From assembly GCA_963934745.1 (NCBI GenBank), contig CAWVZZ010000001.1, positions 1 to 49,275 of the forward strand: a stretch of DNA of 49,275 nucleotides, in the 5' to 3' direction. This DNA comes from an uncultured Flavobacteriales bacterium (lineage in GTDB: Bacteria > Bacteroidota > Bacteroidia > Flavobacteriales_D > Sanyastnellaceae). Positions 32,353 through 41,162 of the stretch are shown here, piece by piece; position 1 is the stretch's first letter; the number at the start of each line of letters is the position of its first letter. Below the pieces are notes generated by a model. It saw nothing but the letters and a program-made list of their open reading frames with translations, was not told where the DNA came from and did no database searches. A program made the position numbers and the translations under genes.

Positions 32353-33624
32353 TTATTTCTGCGAACTGTTCCACTGATGAACACCTACAACTCTGTCGTA
32401 TCCATCAAAGTCAGAAAAGTACACTATGATGCTGTAAACGTTATTCGTGATAAAGTGATTCCCTTCAATATCGGCTGTTAGGCCAGGCTCTTCAATACTA
32501 GAGTTCACATCTTTTACTAGATATAAAAAGTCGTAATATCCTTGTTTTAGAAGGAGGTTACCCTCATAAGCTGATTTCGCAAAATCCCACTGAAGTCTAT
32601 GTGTGGGGAGGCATTGACCATTACTTAAATCTCCGAAAATAAATATCTCACGACCGTGAATTTCATATGGCATGGGTAGGCTGAAGTGAGCCCTGGTGTA
32701 ATCACTACCAGTGTGGGCTTCGTATCTGTCGTTGGAAATCACGAATCTTCCATTGATGTCTGGCCAAGCAGTGTGGTAGGTGTACGTCCTGCGTTTGCTA
32801 TCTTCTAATCTATGATGGTAGGTGATGTCACCCTCAGCAATTCCCGCGACCCCTCTAGCAACGTAATGCAGGCTTTTTAAATCGGCGTAACGATACGAGT
32901 TTCCACCGGGAAAGACATATCCAGATTGCGTGAAGTCGAGTTCTCTACCTTTAATAAAACGGGGTTCGAGGCCACTCATAGCATTATCCCAACGACCATT
33001 CTGCAACACTGTAGCCACTAAGTTTCTGTACGGATCTTGAAAGCCGTAGCTCTCTTCTGTGATAGTAAAAGCAACTTCTTGGTGGGTCCGTCTTAACGCG
33101 ATGTCAACAGGTTCCACCACTCGTGCTTCTATGGTGCATAAATCCTCGTACACCACGAATCTTTTCCTTATGACCACGTACTCTGGATCGCTGGGGTCGA
33201 ATACCTCTAGAATGTAGTTTCCGCTTCTAGTCCAAACCATATCGTCACTTGGCAAATCAATGCGGTAATGTGTGTAAATAACCTTAGTTCCGAAGCTGTC
33301 TTCCATGTCATCGATAGCTATTTCATGAAACCCATCAATATATTCGCTTGGATGCAAGTCACTTTTCCACCAATCATTTGTGCAATGAATGACCCTTAAG
33401 TTGTAACTATTATAGTCAGATGTTAAGTCGTCGAATCTGAAAGTTAGCCTTCCGCCTTCTAGTGGGATAAAAGGGGAGTAAGCCACAAGGTCAACAGGGT
33501 GGAGGGTTACAGAGGCAAGGGTGGGAATATTGTATTCGTTGTTTGAGCTCTGAGAAAATGAATCCACAAACATGAAAAGCACTAAGAAACAGACAATAAA
33601 TAGTGTTTTTATTCTATAACTCAT
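32353..33624 (-). CDS. DUF5103 protein (type IX secretion system plug-type protein family)
   Basis: 423 aa. Signal peptide; ...LTFRFDDLTSDYNSYNLRVIHCTNDWWKSDLHPSEYIDGF...YTHYRIDLP...SGNYILEV resembles the DUF5103 pattern as I remember it. Not verified by search. Confidence 0.55.
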   Translation of the reverse strand: MSYRIKTLFIVCFLVLFMFVDSFSQSSNNEYNIPTLASVTLHPVDLVAYSPFIPLEGGRLTFRFDDLTSDYNSYNLRVIHCTNDWWKSDLHPSEYIDGFHEIAIDDMEDSFGTKVIYTHYRIDLPSDDMVWTRSGNYILEVFDPSDPEYVVIRKRFVVYEDLCTIEARVVEPVDIALRRTHQEVAFTITEESYGFQDPYRNLVATVLQNGRWDNAMSGLEPRFIKGRELDFTQSGYVFPGGNSYRYADLKSLHYVARGVAGIAEGDITYHHRLEDSKRRTYTYHTAWPDINGRFVISNDRYEAHTGSDYTRAHFSLPMPYEIHGREIFIFGDLSNGQCLPTHRLQWDFAKSAYEGNLLLKQGYYDFLYLVKDVNSSIEEPGLTADIEGNHFITNNVYSIIVYFSDFDGYDRVVGVHQWNSSQK

Positions 33625-33628
33625 GCCT

Positions 33629-33636
33629 CAAAGTTC
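33629..33636 (-). promoter_or_regulatory. Candidate -7-like box (GAACTTTG, one mismatch) for the DUF5103 gene
   Basis: The minus strand reads GAACTTTG-AGGC-ATG. The 4-nt spacing to the start codon matches that at the LOG, DUF4249, mazG and Cys-rich genes. Confidence 0.25.
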
Positions 33637-33689
33637 GTAACTCATTCTTATGTTTTGACATTCATGCATGTTAACTGCATTTCGCGTTT

Positions 33690-33697
33690 TATATTTG
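33690..33697 (+). promoter_or_regulatory. Candidate -7 box (TATATTTG) for the nqr operon
   Basis: Perfect TAnnTTTG match, 28 nt upstream of the nqrA ATG in the 101-bp divergent spacer. I saw no convincing -33 TTG at the expected spacing. Confidence 0.35.
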
Positions 33698-33725
33698 CGC
33701 CCGAATTGAATCAATTCTATAAGGA

Positions 33726-35093
33726 ATGAGCCTTAAAAAAACGATCCGTAAAGGGGTCAACATTAGATTAGCAGGTATACCTGCAGAAACAGTGACAGAT
33801 GCTCCGAAAGCATCTTGTTATTCTGTTCAACCTCCTGATTTTAATGGGTTAACACCTAAGATGATTGTTCGTGAGGGTGATTCGGTAGAAGCCGGTTCAT
33901 CGCTTTTCTACGATAAGAATCAACCTACAGTGCACTATTCTAGTCCTATTTCTGGAACTGTTTCGGCAATTGTTCGGGGAGCTAAAAGAAGGATATTATC
34001 TGTAGAGATAACACCTACGGGGACAGAATCTTACAAAGATTTCAGTGTTTCTGATCTGAAAACGATAGAAAAAGAAACTCTTTTAGCAACAATTCTAGAG
34101 GTGGGATTGTTCCCATTATTTCGCCAGCGTCCATACGACGTTGTTGCTAATCCATCTGACTCACCTAGGTCTATACACATTAGTGGATTTGATTCTTCAC
34201 CGCTAGCTGCGACCACATCTGTGGCTCTTGAGGGAAGAATGAAAGACTTCCAAAACGGAATTGACGCCTTGTCAATACTATCTGGTTCTGGTGGTGTTCA
34301 TGTAGGCACTGAAAGTGGTGACGTCACTTTCGCAGACGTTAAAGGCTGTACTATTACTGAATTTAAAGGACCACACCCTGCAGGAAATGTAGGGGTGCAA
34401 ATCCACCACACTGAGCCGGTGAATAAGGGAGAAGTGGTTTGGACTATAGGATATCAAGACGTAGCAAACCTAGGAGCGTTCCTATCCACTGGGAAATACA
34501 TCCCCACTAGAGTTGTAGCGTGTGGAGGTTCGGAATGTGCACAACCGGCACACGTTAGGACTTTAGCAGGCGCCTCTATAAAATCCATAGTTAACGTGCC
34601 CTCAACGGCTTCTAACGGCGATTCAGTTAGAATCATTTCAGGAAGCGTGCTGACAGGCGATCGCGTTGCTGACAACGGTTTCCTTGGGGCATATCACACA
34701 GCTGTTGCGCTTTTAGCAGAAGGGACCGATCCTAAGTTCTTGCTGACTAGCGGTTGGTTAGGGCTAGGCCTTAGTAGATTTTCACTTTCAAAGGCCTTCC
34801 CAACTTGGCTCATGCCTAAATCTAAAACGTGGGATCTCGACACGAATATGGGTGGTGAGGAGAGAGCGTTCGTAGTTTCTGGTGAGTACGAAAAGGTTTT
34901 TCCTTTCGACATTTACCCGGTGCACCTATTGAAGGCCATCTTAGTGAATGATATTGACTCTATGGAGAAGCTGGGTATTTATGAAGTAGCTCCCGAGGAT
35001 TTTGCGTTATGTGAATATGGTTGTACTTCTAAAATTGAAGCCCAAAAAATCATCCGCGAAGGTTTAGATAGTCTTAGAGTCGAACTTAGTTAA
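33726..35093 (+). CDS. nqrA: Na+-translocating NADH:quinone oxidoreductase subunit A
   Basis: 455 aa. First gene of a six-gene cluster with canonical NQR order and sizes. The N-terminus IRKGVNIRLAGIP is typical of NqrA. Confidence 0.92.
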   Translation: MSLKKTIRKGVNIRLAGIPAETVTDAPKASCYSVQPPDFNGLTPKMIVREGDSVEAGSSLFYDKNQPTVHYSSPISGTVSAIVRGAKRRILSVEITPTGTESYKDFSVSDLKTIEKETLLATILEVGLFPLFRQRPYDVVANPSDSPRSIHISGFDSSPLAATTSVALEGRMKDFQNGIDALSILSGSGGVHVGTESGDVTFADVKGCTITEFKGPHPAGNVGVQIHHTEPVNKGEVVWTIGYQDVANLGAFLSTGKYIPTRVVACGGSECAQPAHVRTLAGASIKSIVNVPSTASNGDSVRIISGSVLTGDRVADNGFLGAYHTAVALLAEGTDPKFLLTSGWLGLGLSRFSLSKAFPTWLMPKSKTWDLDTNMGGEERAFVVSGEYEKVFPFDIYPVHLLKAILVNDIDSMEKLGIYEVAPEDFALCEYGCTSKIEAQKIIREGLDSLRVELS

Positions 35094-35104
35094 TAGGATA
35101 GTCC

Positions 35105-36316
35105 ATGAAATTTCTTCATAAAATCATTAGCTCTGTAAAACCTCACTTTGAGAAAGAGGGGAAGTTATCCAGGTTTTGGGTAGTCTTCGATTCATTAGAG
35201 ACATTTACATTCACACCAGGTCACGTAACTAAGCAAGGTTCTCATATTCGTGACGGAATAGATCTTAAGCGTACCATGTTCTTAGTGATCATGGCTCTAG
35301 TTCCAGCACTTCTTTTCGGAACTTGGAACATAGGTGATCAGTACTTTGCTAGTATAGGCACAACAGATGCCGACATGCTAGCTAAACTTACAGTAGGAGC
35401 TGTTAGAGTCATTCCACTAATACTAGTCACTTACGGAGTGGGACTTGGAATTGAGTTTGTTTTCGCAGGCCTCAGAGGTCACGGCATCAACGAGGGATTC
35501 CTCGTCTCAGGCATGCTTATCCCTCTCATCATGCCTGTGGATGTCCCCCTTTGGATGGTAGCTGCTGCCGTTGCATTCGCTGTGATAATCGGTAAAGAAG
35601 TATTCGGAGGTACAGGAATGAATATCGTAAATGTGGCACTTACTGCTAGAGCTTTCCTTTTCTTCGCCTACCCTAAGCAGATGTCTGGTGAGATATGGAT
35701 TCAAGATATCGCGAGCTCTAAAGCAGGTGGCCTTTTAGTTGATGGGCACACAGGAGCTACTGCCTTAGGGCATTTAGCGAGTACCGTAGGGGAGAAGATT
35801 GTCGATATGAAACCAGTAATGGCCTTGTTCGAAGGAGACGGTATGTTCTCGCTTCATAATTGTATTATAGGAACTATTCCTGGAAGTATAGGAGAAACAT
35901 CTGTGCTAGCTATAGCACTAGGCGCTGTGCTATTAATAGCTACCGGTATAGGTAGCTGGAGGATCATGGCGTCTTTCCTTGCTGGTGGTTTATTTATGGG
36001 CTTGTTATTCAACCTTATGGGTATGAACGCTTACATGACTTTAGATCCTGTTCACCAGGTTGTGATAGGTGGTTTCATGTTCGGAATGGTCTTTATGGCT
36101 ACCGACCCTGTCACAGCAACCTCTACAAATACGGGTAAATACATCTATGGTTTCTTAGGGGGTTTCCTCTCCATAATGATAAGAGTCTTTAACCCAGCGT
36201 ATCCAGAAGGGGTAATGATGGCCATTCTATTTATGAATGTAATGGCACCGCTCATTGATCATTATGTGCTCCAAGCAAACATTAACCGCCGTCAAAAGCG
36301 CCTTCAGAATATTTGA
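35105..36316 (+). CDS. nqrB: Na+-NQR subunit B
   Basis: 403-aa polytopic membrane protein. The canonical flavinylation site DGHTGATALG (D-x-x-T-G-A-T) is present. Confidence 0.93.
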   Translation: MKFLHKIISSVKPHFEKEGKLSRFWVVFDSLETFTFTPGHVTKQGSHIRDGIDLKRTMFLVIMALVPALLFGTWNIGDQYFASIGTTDADMLAKLTVGAVRVIPLILVTYGVGLGIEFVFAGLRGHGINEGFLVSGMLIPLIMPVDVPLWMVAAAVAFAVIIGKEVFGGTGMNIVNVALTARAFLFFAYPKQMSGEIWIQDIASSKAGGLLVDGHTGATALGHLASTVGEKIVDMKPVMALFEGDGMFSLHNCIIGTIPGSIGETSVLAIALGAVLLIATGIGSWRIMASFLAGGLFMGLLFNLMGMNAYMTLDPVHQVVIGGFMFGMVFMATDPVTATSTNTGKYIYGFLGGFLSIMIRVFNPAYPEGVMMAILFMNVMAPLIDHYVLQANINRRQKRLQNI

Positions 36317-36317
36317 T

Positions 36318-37145
36318 ATGGCTATTAATAAAAATAATACCGGTTATACGTTCTTGTTCTCCATTATTATGGTGGTGGTCGTGGGCGCCGGCCTAGCATT
36401 TACATCTTTATACCTCAAGCCTTTGCAGAAGGCAAATGCGGCGGATAAACAAATGATTGATATTCTTGTAGCTATCCAAGTTAGTTCTACTCGAGAAACA
36501 GCCAAAAAGGTTTTTGCTGATTATGTTTCGGAAAGAGTCTCGATTGATTCTGAAGGTGTTCTTGTTTCAACGATGGAAGGCCTAGTCGATTTTAAAAATT
36601 CATCAGATCCTTTTAATATTGATATTAAGAAGGATTATAGAGCATATAAAACAAAGCGTGATGCTGACGGAAATATCCTAAGAGATGGATATAAATTCCC
36701 CCTCTATGTATGTGAAAAGAACGGTAAGAAGCTTTATGTCATTCCTGTAGTTGGTTCAGGTCTTTGGGGGCCTATATGGGGGTATGTAGCTCTAGAGGAT
36801 GATATGGAAACCATATTCGGCGCGTCATTCGCTCACAAGACGGAAACACCTGGACTTGGTGCAGAGATTAACATGCCATCCTTCACTGATCAATTTCAGG
36901 GAAAATCACTTCGTGAAGCCTCCCCTTATTTCAATGTTCTTAAAAGCGGAAGTGCTACAGACGATAACAGTGTAGACGGTATCACAGGTGGAACTATTAC
37001 TTCAAAGGGAGTTGAAGAGATGATGAATAGAACACTAGACGTTTACTTGATCTTCTTTGAGACTCTAAAAACAGTAGAACCTGTTTTACCAGTAATTCAG
37101 CCTGAAGTTTTAGTAGTTGATTCACTCAATACAAACAACCAGTAA
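36318..37145 (+). CDS. nqrC: Na+-NQR subunit C
   Basis: Start at ATG 36318 (MAINKNNTGYTFLFSIIMVVVV TM anchor), 1 nt after the nqrB stop. The track start 36255 lies inside nqrB. Motifs GLWGPIWGYVAL and HKETPGLGAEI, with a flavinylation site reading VDGITGGTITSKG. Confidence 0.9.
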   Translation: MAINKNNTGYTFLFSIIMVVVVGAGLAFTSLYLKPLQKANAADKQMIDILVAIQVSSTRETAKKVFADYVSERVSIDSEGVLVSTMEGLVDFKNSSDPFNIDIKKDYRAYKTKRDADGNILRDGYKFPLYVCEKNGKKLYVIPVVGSGLWGPIWGYVALEDDMETIFGASFAHKTETPGLGAEINMPSFTDQFQGKSLREASPYFNVLKSGSATDDNSVDGITGGTITSKGVEEMMNRTLDVYLIFFETLKTVEPVLPVIQPEVLVVDSLNTNNQ

Positions 37146-37834
37146 TGAGTACCGAAAATTCAAAAGCAACTCTTAAAAAGGAGTCGTTATTCAGCAAGAA
37201 GAACAGGATGCTCCTCAAGGATCCTCTTTCTGATACTAACCCGATTACAATTCAGGTTCTAGGAATCTGTTCGGCATTAGCCATCACAGTTCAATTACAG
37301 CAAGCTGTAATTATGAGCCTGTCTGTATTGTTCGTAATGATAGGTGGTAATCTCATTGTATCTCTCCTCAGAAACCTGATTCCAGATAAAATCAGAATCA
37401 TCGTGCAGCTCGTAATCATTGCGGCACTGGTAATTATTGTTGACGAGGTCCTTAAAGCCTATCAGCCTGACGTGAGTGAGAAGCTCTCGGTATTTGTGGG
37501 TCTTATCATAACGAACTGCATTATCATGGGGCGTCTTGAGGCATTTGCATTAGCGAATAAGCCGGGGCCATCTGTATTGGATGCTATCGGAAATGGAGTG
37601 GGGTATGCCTGGATTCTGCTCGCAGTATCTGCTGTGAGAGAGGTATTCGGATCTGGTGCGATTTCTCTTCCTGGTATGGGCCAAATCAAATTCCTTCCCG
37701 AAGCATGGTTCATCGCAGAGGGTGGATTTTACGAAAATAATAATCTTATGATTTTGCCTCCAATGGCTCTTATCGTAGTGGGGATTATTATTTGGATTCA
37801 GCGTTCACGTAACGAAGCTCTAATCGAAGACTAA
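37145..37834 (+). CDS. nqrD: Na+-NQR subunit D
   Basis: 229-aa membrane protein. TAATG overlap with nqrC. The conserved Cys ligand positions are present ([18 protein letters not shown]). Confidence 0.93.
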   Translation: MSTENSKATLKKESLFSKKNRMLLKDPLSDTNPITIQVLGICSALAITVQLQQAVIMSLSVLFVMIGGNLIVSLLRNLIPDKIRIIVQLVIIAALVIIVDEVLKAYQPDVSEKLSVFVGLIITNCIIMGRLEAFALANKPGPSVLDAIGNGVGYAWILLAVSAVREVFGSGAISLPGMGQIKFLPEAWFIAEGGFYENNNLMILPPMALIVVGIIIWIQRSRNEALIED

Positions 37835-38448
37835 TGGAATATTTAAGCATATTTGTAAAAGGCATCTTTGTAGAGAACATGATCTTTGCTTACTTCCTAG
37901 GTATGTGTTCATACCTGGCAGTATCGAAAACTGTGAAGACGGCTAACGGACTTGGATTTGCAGTAATCTTCGTTCTCGGAATCACAGTTCCAATTAACTA
38001 CTTGCTCGAAAATTACGTTCTGCAAGAAGGCGCCCTCACATGGCTAGACCCTTCTTTCGCTAACGTAGATCTTAGCTTCCTTGGCTTTATCATGTTCATC
38101 GCGGTTATCGCATCCATGGTGCAGCTTGTGGAGATGATAGTTGAGAAGTTCGCTCCAGCTTTATATGGCGCTCTCGGTATCTTCCTCCCACTAATCGCTG
38201 TTAACTGTTCGATTTTAGGTGGTGCTCTCTTCATGCAAGAGAGACAATATCCTTCTATTGGAGAGGCGACGGTATTTGGGCTAGGTAGTGGAGTTGGATG
38301 GTGGCTCGCTATTGTTGCGATTGCAGCAATTCGCGAGAAAATTCGCTATTCTAACGTGCCAGCCCCGCTACGAGGCCTAGGCATTACTTTTATTATTACA
38401 GGTCTTATGGGAATCGCTTTCATGAGTTTTATGGGAATTGAAATCTAA
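37834..38448 (+). CDS. nqrE: Na+-NQR subunit E
   Basis: 204-aa membrane protein. TAATG overlap with nqrD. The conserved Cys positions are present ([20 protein letters not shown]). Confidence 0.93.
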   Translation: MEYLSIFVKGIFVENMIFAYFLGMCSYLAVSKTVKTANGLGFAVIFVLGITVPINYLLENYVLQEGALTWLDPSFANVDLSFLGFIMFIAVIASMVQLVEMIVEKFAPALYGALGIFLPLIAVNCSILGGALFMQERQYPSIGEATVFGLGSGVGWWLAIVAIAAIREKIRYSNVPAPLRGLGITFIITGLMGIAFMSFMGIEI

Positions 38449-38455
38449 TTAGATT

Positions 38456-39754
38456 ATGGGAACAACAATTCTATTAGCCATAGGCTTTTTCTTAATACTC
38501 ATCTTACTTCTGGTGAGTTTACTTCTTTTCGCAAAAGCTCAACTATCGCCAAGTGGTGCTATTACTATCACCATTAACAAGGAGAAGACCTTAGAAGTTG
38601 AAGGCGGTACTACACTGCTTAATGTTCTAAGTAACAACGGCGTTTTCCTACCCTCCGCTTGTGGTGGTGGAGGAACCTGTGTTCAATGCATATGCCAAGT
38701 TCATTCTGGTGGTGGTGCTATACTTCCTACTGAGGAGCCTCATTTCTCTAGAAAGGAGATAGCAAACAACTTCCGTTTGGGATGTCAAGTGAAGGTGAAA
38801 GAGAATATGGAAATTCAAATTCCAGATGAGGTTTTCGGAGTAAAGAAGTGGGAGTGCGAGGTAATCTCAAACTACAATGTTGCTTCTTTCATTAAGGAGT
38901 TTGTCGTGAGGTTGCCAGAGGGTGAATCATTAGACTTTGAAGCAGGAGGTTATATCCAAATCGATGTTCCAGAATCTAATGTTGACTTCAATTATATGGA
39001 CATCACTGCTCACCCAGATCATCACGATGAAGCAGATAAGTTTACGGAGGAGTGGGATAAGTTTGGGCTAAGAAGCCTAAAGATGTCTAATGACGAGCCT
39101 ATCGTTCGTGCATATTCAATGGCTAATCACCCAGCTGAGGGTAATATCGTGAAGCTCAATATTCGTGTGGCTACTCCACCTTGGGATAGAGATAAAAACG
39201 ATTGGACTCAAGTAAATCCGGGGGTTTGTTCTTCATTTGTATTCGACCAGAAACCTGGTGATAAAGTCCAAATCTCTGGACCGTATGGCGAGTTCTTCAT
39301 TAAAGAGACTGGATCTGAAATGCTTTACATAGGAGGAGGTGCTGGAATGGCTCCAATGCGTTCTCACCTTTTTCACTTGTTCCACACTATGAAGACTGAC
39401 CGGAAGGTTACGTTCTACTACGGTGGCCGTTCTAAGCGTGAGCTGTTCTACTTAGAGGAGTTCAAGAAGATTGAAGAAGAGTTCGATAATTTCACTTTCC
39501 ACGTTGTACTTTCTGAGCCTGCTAATGAGGATAATTGGATTGAGAAAAAGGACGACAAAGACACTGAAGGAGATGGCTTCTTAGGTTTTGTACATAATGC
39601 TGTTATCAAGCATCATCTTGAGAAACACGATGCTCCTGAGGATCTTGAGGTATACTTCTGTGGACCACCACTCATGAACCAAGCCGTTATAAAGATGGTC
39701 GATGATTGGGGTATTCCTGAGGAGAATGTTAGCTTTGATGACTTTGGTGGCTAA
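38456..39754 (+). CDS. nqrF: Na+-NQR subunit F
   Basis: 432 aa. N-terminal TM helix, 2Fe-2S ferredoxin motif CGGGGTCVQCIC, FAD-binding RAYSMAN and an NADH-binding GGGAGMAPMRS segment. Confidence 0.95.
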   Translation: MGTTILLAIGFFLILILLLVSLLLFAKAQLSPSGAITITINKEKTLEVEGGTTLLNVLSNNGVFLPSACGGGGTCVQCICQVHSGGGAILPTEEPHFSRKEIANNFRLGCQVKVKENMEIQIPDEVFGVKKWECEVISNYNVASFIKEFVVRLPEGESLDFEAGGYIQIDVPESNVDFNYMDITAHPDHHDEADKFTEEWDKFGLRSLKMSNDEPIVRAYSMANHPAEGNIVKLNIRVATPPWDRDKNDWTQVNPGVCSSFVFDQKPGDKVQISGPYGEFFIKETGSEMLYIGGGAGMAPMRSHLFHLFHTMKTDRKVTFYYGGRSKRELFYLEEFKKIEEEFDNFTFHVVLSEPANEDNWIEKKDDKDTEGDGFLGFVHNAVIKHHLEKHDAPEDLEVYFCGPPLMNQAVIKMVDDWGIPEENVSFDDFGG

Positions 39755-40802
39755 GAATATATATGCAATTGCTGTTTTGGCAGCGATTATCACAGGCTGT
39801 AATACTGTGCCTGATATTCATGTAATTACAGGCGAAGCTCAAGGGACTACTTTTTCAATTAAGTATCTAGGGGAGAATAAGATCTCAAAACACGGTGTTG
39901 ATTCTTTGCTAGAATTAATGGATGTGGAGATGAACACCTGGAGAGACGATTCACGCATAGTCGATATCAATGAATTCTCCCACGAGGACTCCGTCTTTAC
40001 TTTTCACGATGAAAGCAATATCTGGTCTGTGTTATGGGGGTTGACCCGGGAAATCCATCGCGATTCTCATGAGGCCTTCGACCCCACAATAAAGCCCTTA
40101 GTAGATTTATGGGGCTTCGGATTAAAAAACGTTTCTTCTGTAGATTCAAGTGATGTAGATAGTGTCATGACCTTTGTCGGTTTCACACATGGCCTAATTG
40201 AGATGAATGTGGACCTGGAAACGCATTTCATAAAGGGCGACCGTCGAGCTCAGCTAGATTTCAATGCTATAGCCCAAGGTTACACAGTGGACATGATTAT
40301 CGATTTTCTTGTCGAAAATGAAGTGGTAAATGCAATGGTGGAGCTGGGTGGGGAAGTGAGGTGTATGGGTGTTAATCAAGATGCTGAACTATGGCGTATT
40401 GCTGTAGATAAGCCCGTCGATCATAGCGACGCCGACAATCGTTCTTTCCAAGCCATTCTTAGGGTGAATAATGCGGCTGTATGTACGAGCGGTAACTATA
40501 GGAAATTCCACTTAGTTGACGGTATTAAGCGGTCCCACACAATTGATCCGCGCACCGGTTACCCAGTTGAGCATAAGCTTCTTAGTGTAACTGTCCAAGC
40601 TCCAGACGCCTCGACAGCTGATGCGTACGCTACTTCCTGTATGGTTCTGGGACCTGTAGATGGGCGAGCGTTTATAGAGGAGGTGCGTATGAAGTCGAAT
40701 GGCGGTAATATTGAAGCTTTATTCATAATGAGCTCAAATCAAGGTGATGGGTTTGAGTTTTGGTTGAGTCCAGGCTGGGTAGATTCTATTGAGTTGCTAT
40801 AG
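39738..40802 (+). CDS. apbE: FAD:protein FMN transferase (ApbE family lipoprotein)
   Basis: The lipobox LAAIITGCNT is followed by GEAQGTTFSIKY; TSGNYRKF...HTIDPRTGYP and ADAYATSCMVLG are ApbE signatures. The start is uncertain: ATG 39738 overlaps nqrF by 17 nt, with 39726 or in-frame TTG/GTG at 39744/39747 as alternatives. The track start is 39702. Confidence 0.88.
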   Translation: MTLVAKNIYAIAVLAAIITGCNTVPDIHVITGEAQGTTFSIKYLGENKISKHGVDSLLELMDVEMNTWRDDSRIVDINEFSHEDSVFTFHDESNIWSVLWGLTREIHRDSHEAFDPTIKPLVDLWGFGLKNVSSVDSSDVDSVMTFVGFTHGLIEMNVDLETHFIKGDRRAQLDFNAIAQGYTVDMIIDFLVENEVVNAMVELGGEVRCMGVNQDAELWRIAVDKPVDHSDADNRSFQAILRVNNAAVCTSGNYRKFHLVDGIKRSHTIDPRTGYPVEHKLLSVTVQAPDASTADAYATSCMVLGPVDGRAFIEEVRMKSNGGNIEALFIMSSNQGDGFEFWLSPGWVDSIELL

Positions 40803-40808
40803 AAGGCG

Positions 40809-40833
40809 TAAAAAAGTCAACCAACTGGTTGAC
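40809..40833 (-). terminator. Terminator-like hairpin plus T6 (distal copy)
   Basis: The minus strand reads GTCAACC-AGTT-GGTTGAC followed directly by TTTTTT. It lies 7 nt past the apbE stop. On the plus strand it has an A6 tract upstream and only AAATT downstream, so it is weak in the plus direction. Confidence 0.4.
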
Positions 40834-40881
40834 AAATTCCCTAACGAATTTGAGTGCGCCACGTCACATCACGTCGTACCG

Positions 40882-40906
40882 TAAAAAAGTCAACCAGTTG
40901 GTTGAC
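40882..40906 (-). terminator. Rho-independent terminator candidate for the 64-aa Cys-rich gene (proximal copy)
   Basis: The minus strand reads GTCAACC-AACT-GGTTGAC followed directly by TTTTTT, about 58 nt downstream of the stop at 40964. Confidence 0.5.
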
Positions 40907-40963
40907 TAGTTGACAAATTCCCTACGCTTTTCGCAAGTGTTAACTGAATATCGAATCCCGAAA

Positions 40964-41158
40964 CTAGTCGTTTTTACAAACCTCATCGGGTTGAGCGCCA
41001 CATAATCCGCAACCACCGCCTTCTTCCTTCAGCATGGGGTTGTTGCTAGCACATGTGCCAGCAAACTCACCATTCTTCTTGACGAGTATTTTGATTGCTA
41101 TCCCCGCAAACCCTAAAGCAAGTAGTCCGATACTCAAAAGCACAACTTTCCATTCCAT
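40964..41158 (-). CDS. Small single-pass membrane protein with four Cys; possible NqrM-like Na+-NQR maturation factor
   Basis: 64 aa: MEWKVVLLSIGLLALGFAGIAIKILVKKNGEFAGTCASNNPMLKEEGGGCGLCGAQPDEVCKND. One N-terminal TM helix, a KK stop-transfer and Cys36/50/53/61. It has its own terminator-like hairpin and a -7-like box. The functional call is an inference from architecture and position next to nqr-apbE. Confidence 0.6.
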   Translation of the reverse strand: MEWKVVLLSIGLLALGFAGIAIKILVKKNGEFAGTCASNNPMLKEEGGGCGLCGAQPDEVCKND

Positions 41159-41162
41159 GAGG

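Larger units (their letters stand above)
40807..40926. repeat. Two direct copies (73-bp period) of a roughly 40-bp element carrying a 7-bp-stem hairpin
   Basis: Copy 1 (40807-40846) is CGTAAAAAAGTCAACCAACTGGTTGACAAATTCCCTAACG. Copy 2 (40880-40926) is CGTAAAAAAGTCAACCAGTTGGTTGAC[TAGTTGAC]AAATTCCCTACGC. The flanks are identical, the 4-nt loop is AACT versus its reverse complement AGTT, and copy 2 has an 8-nt insertion. Confidence 0.85.
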
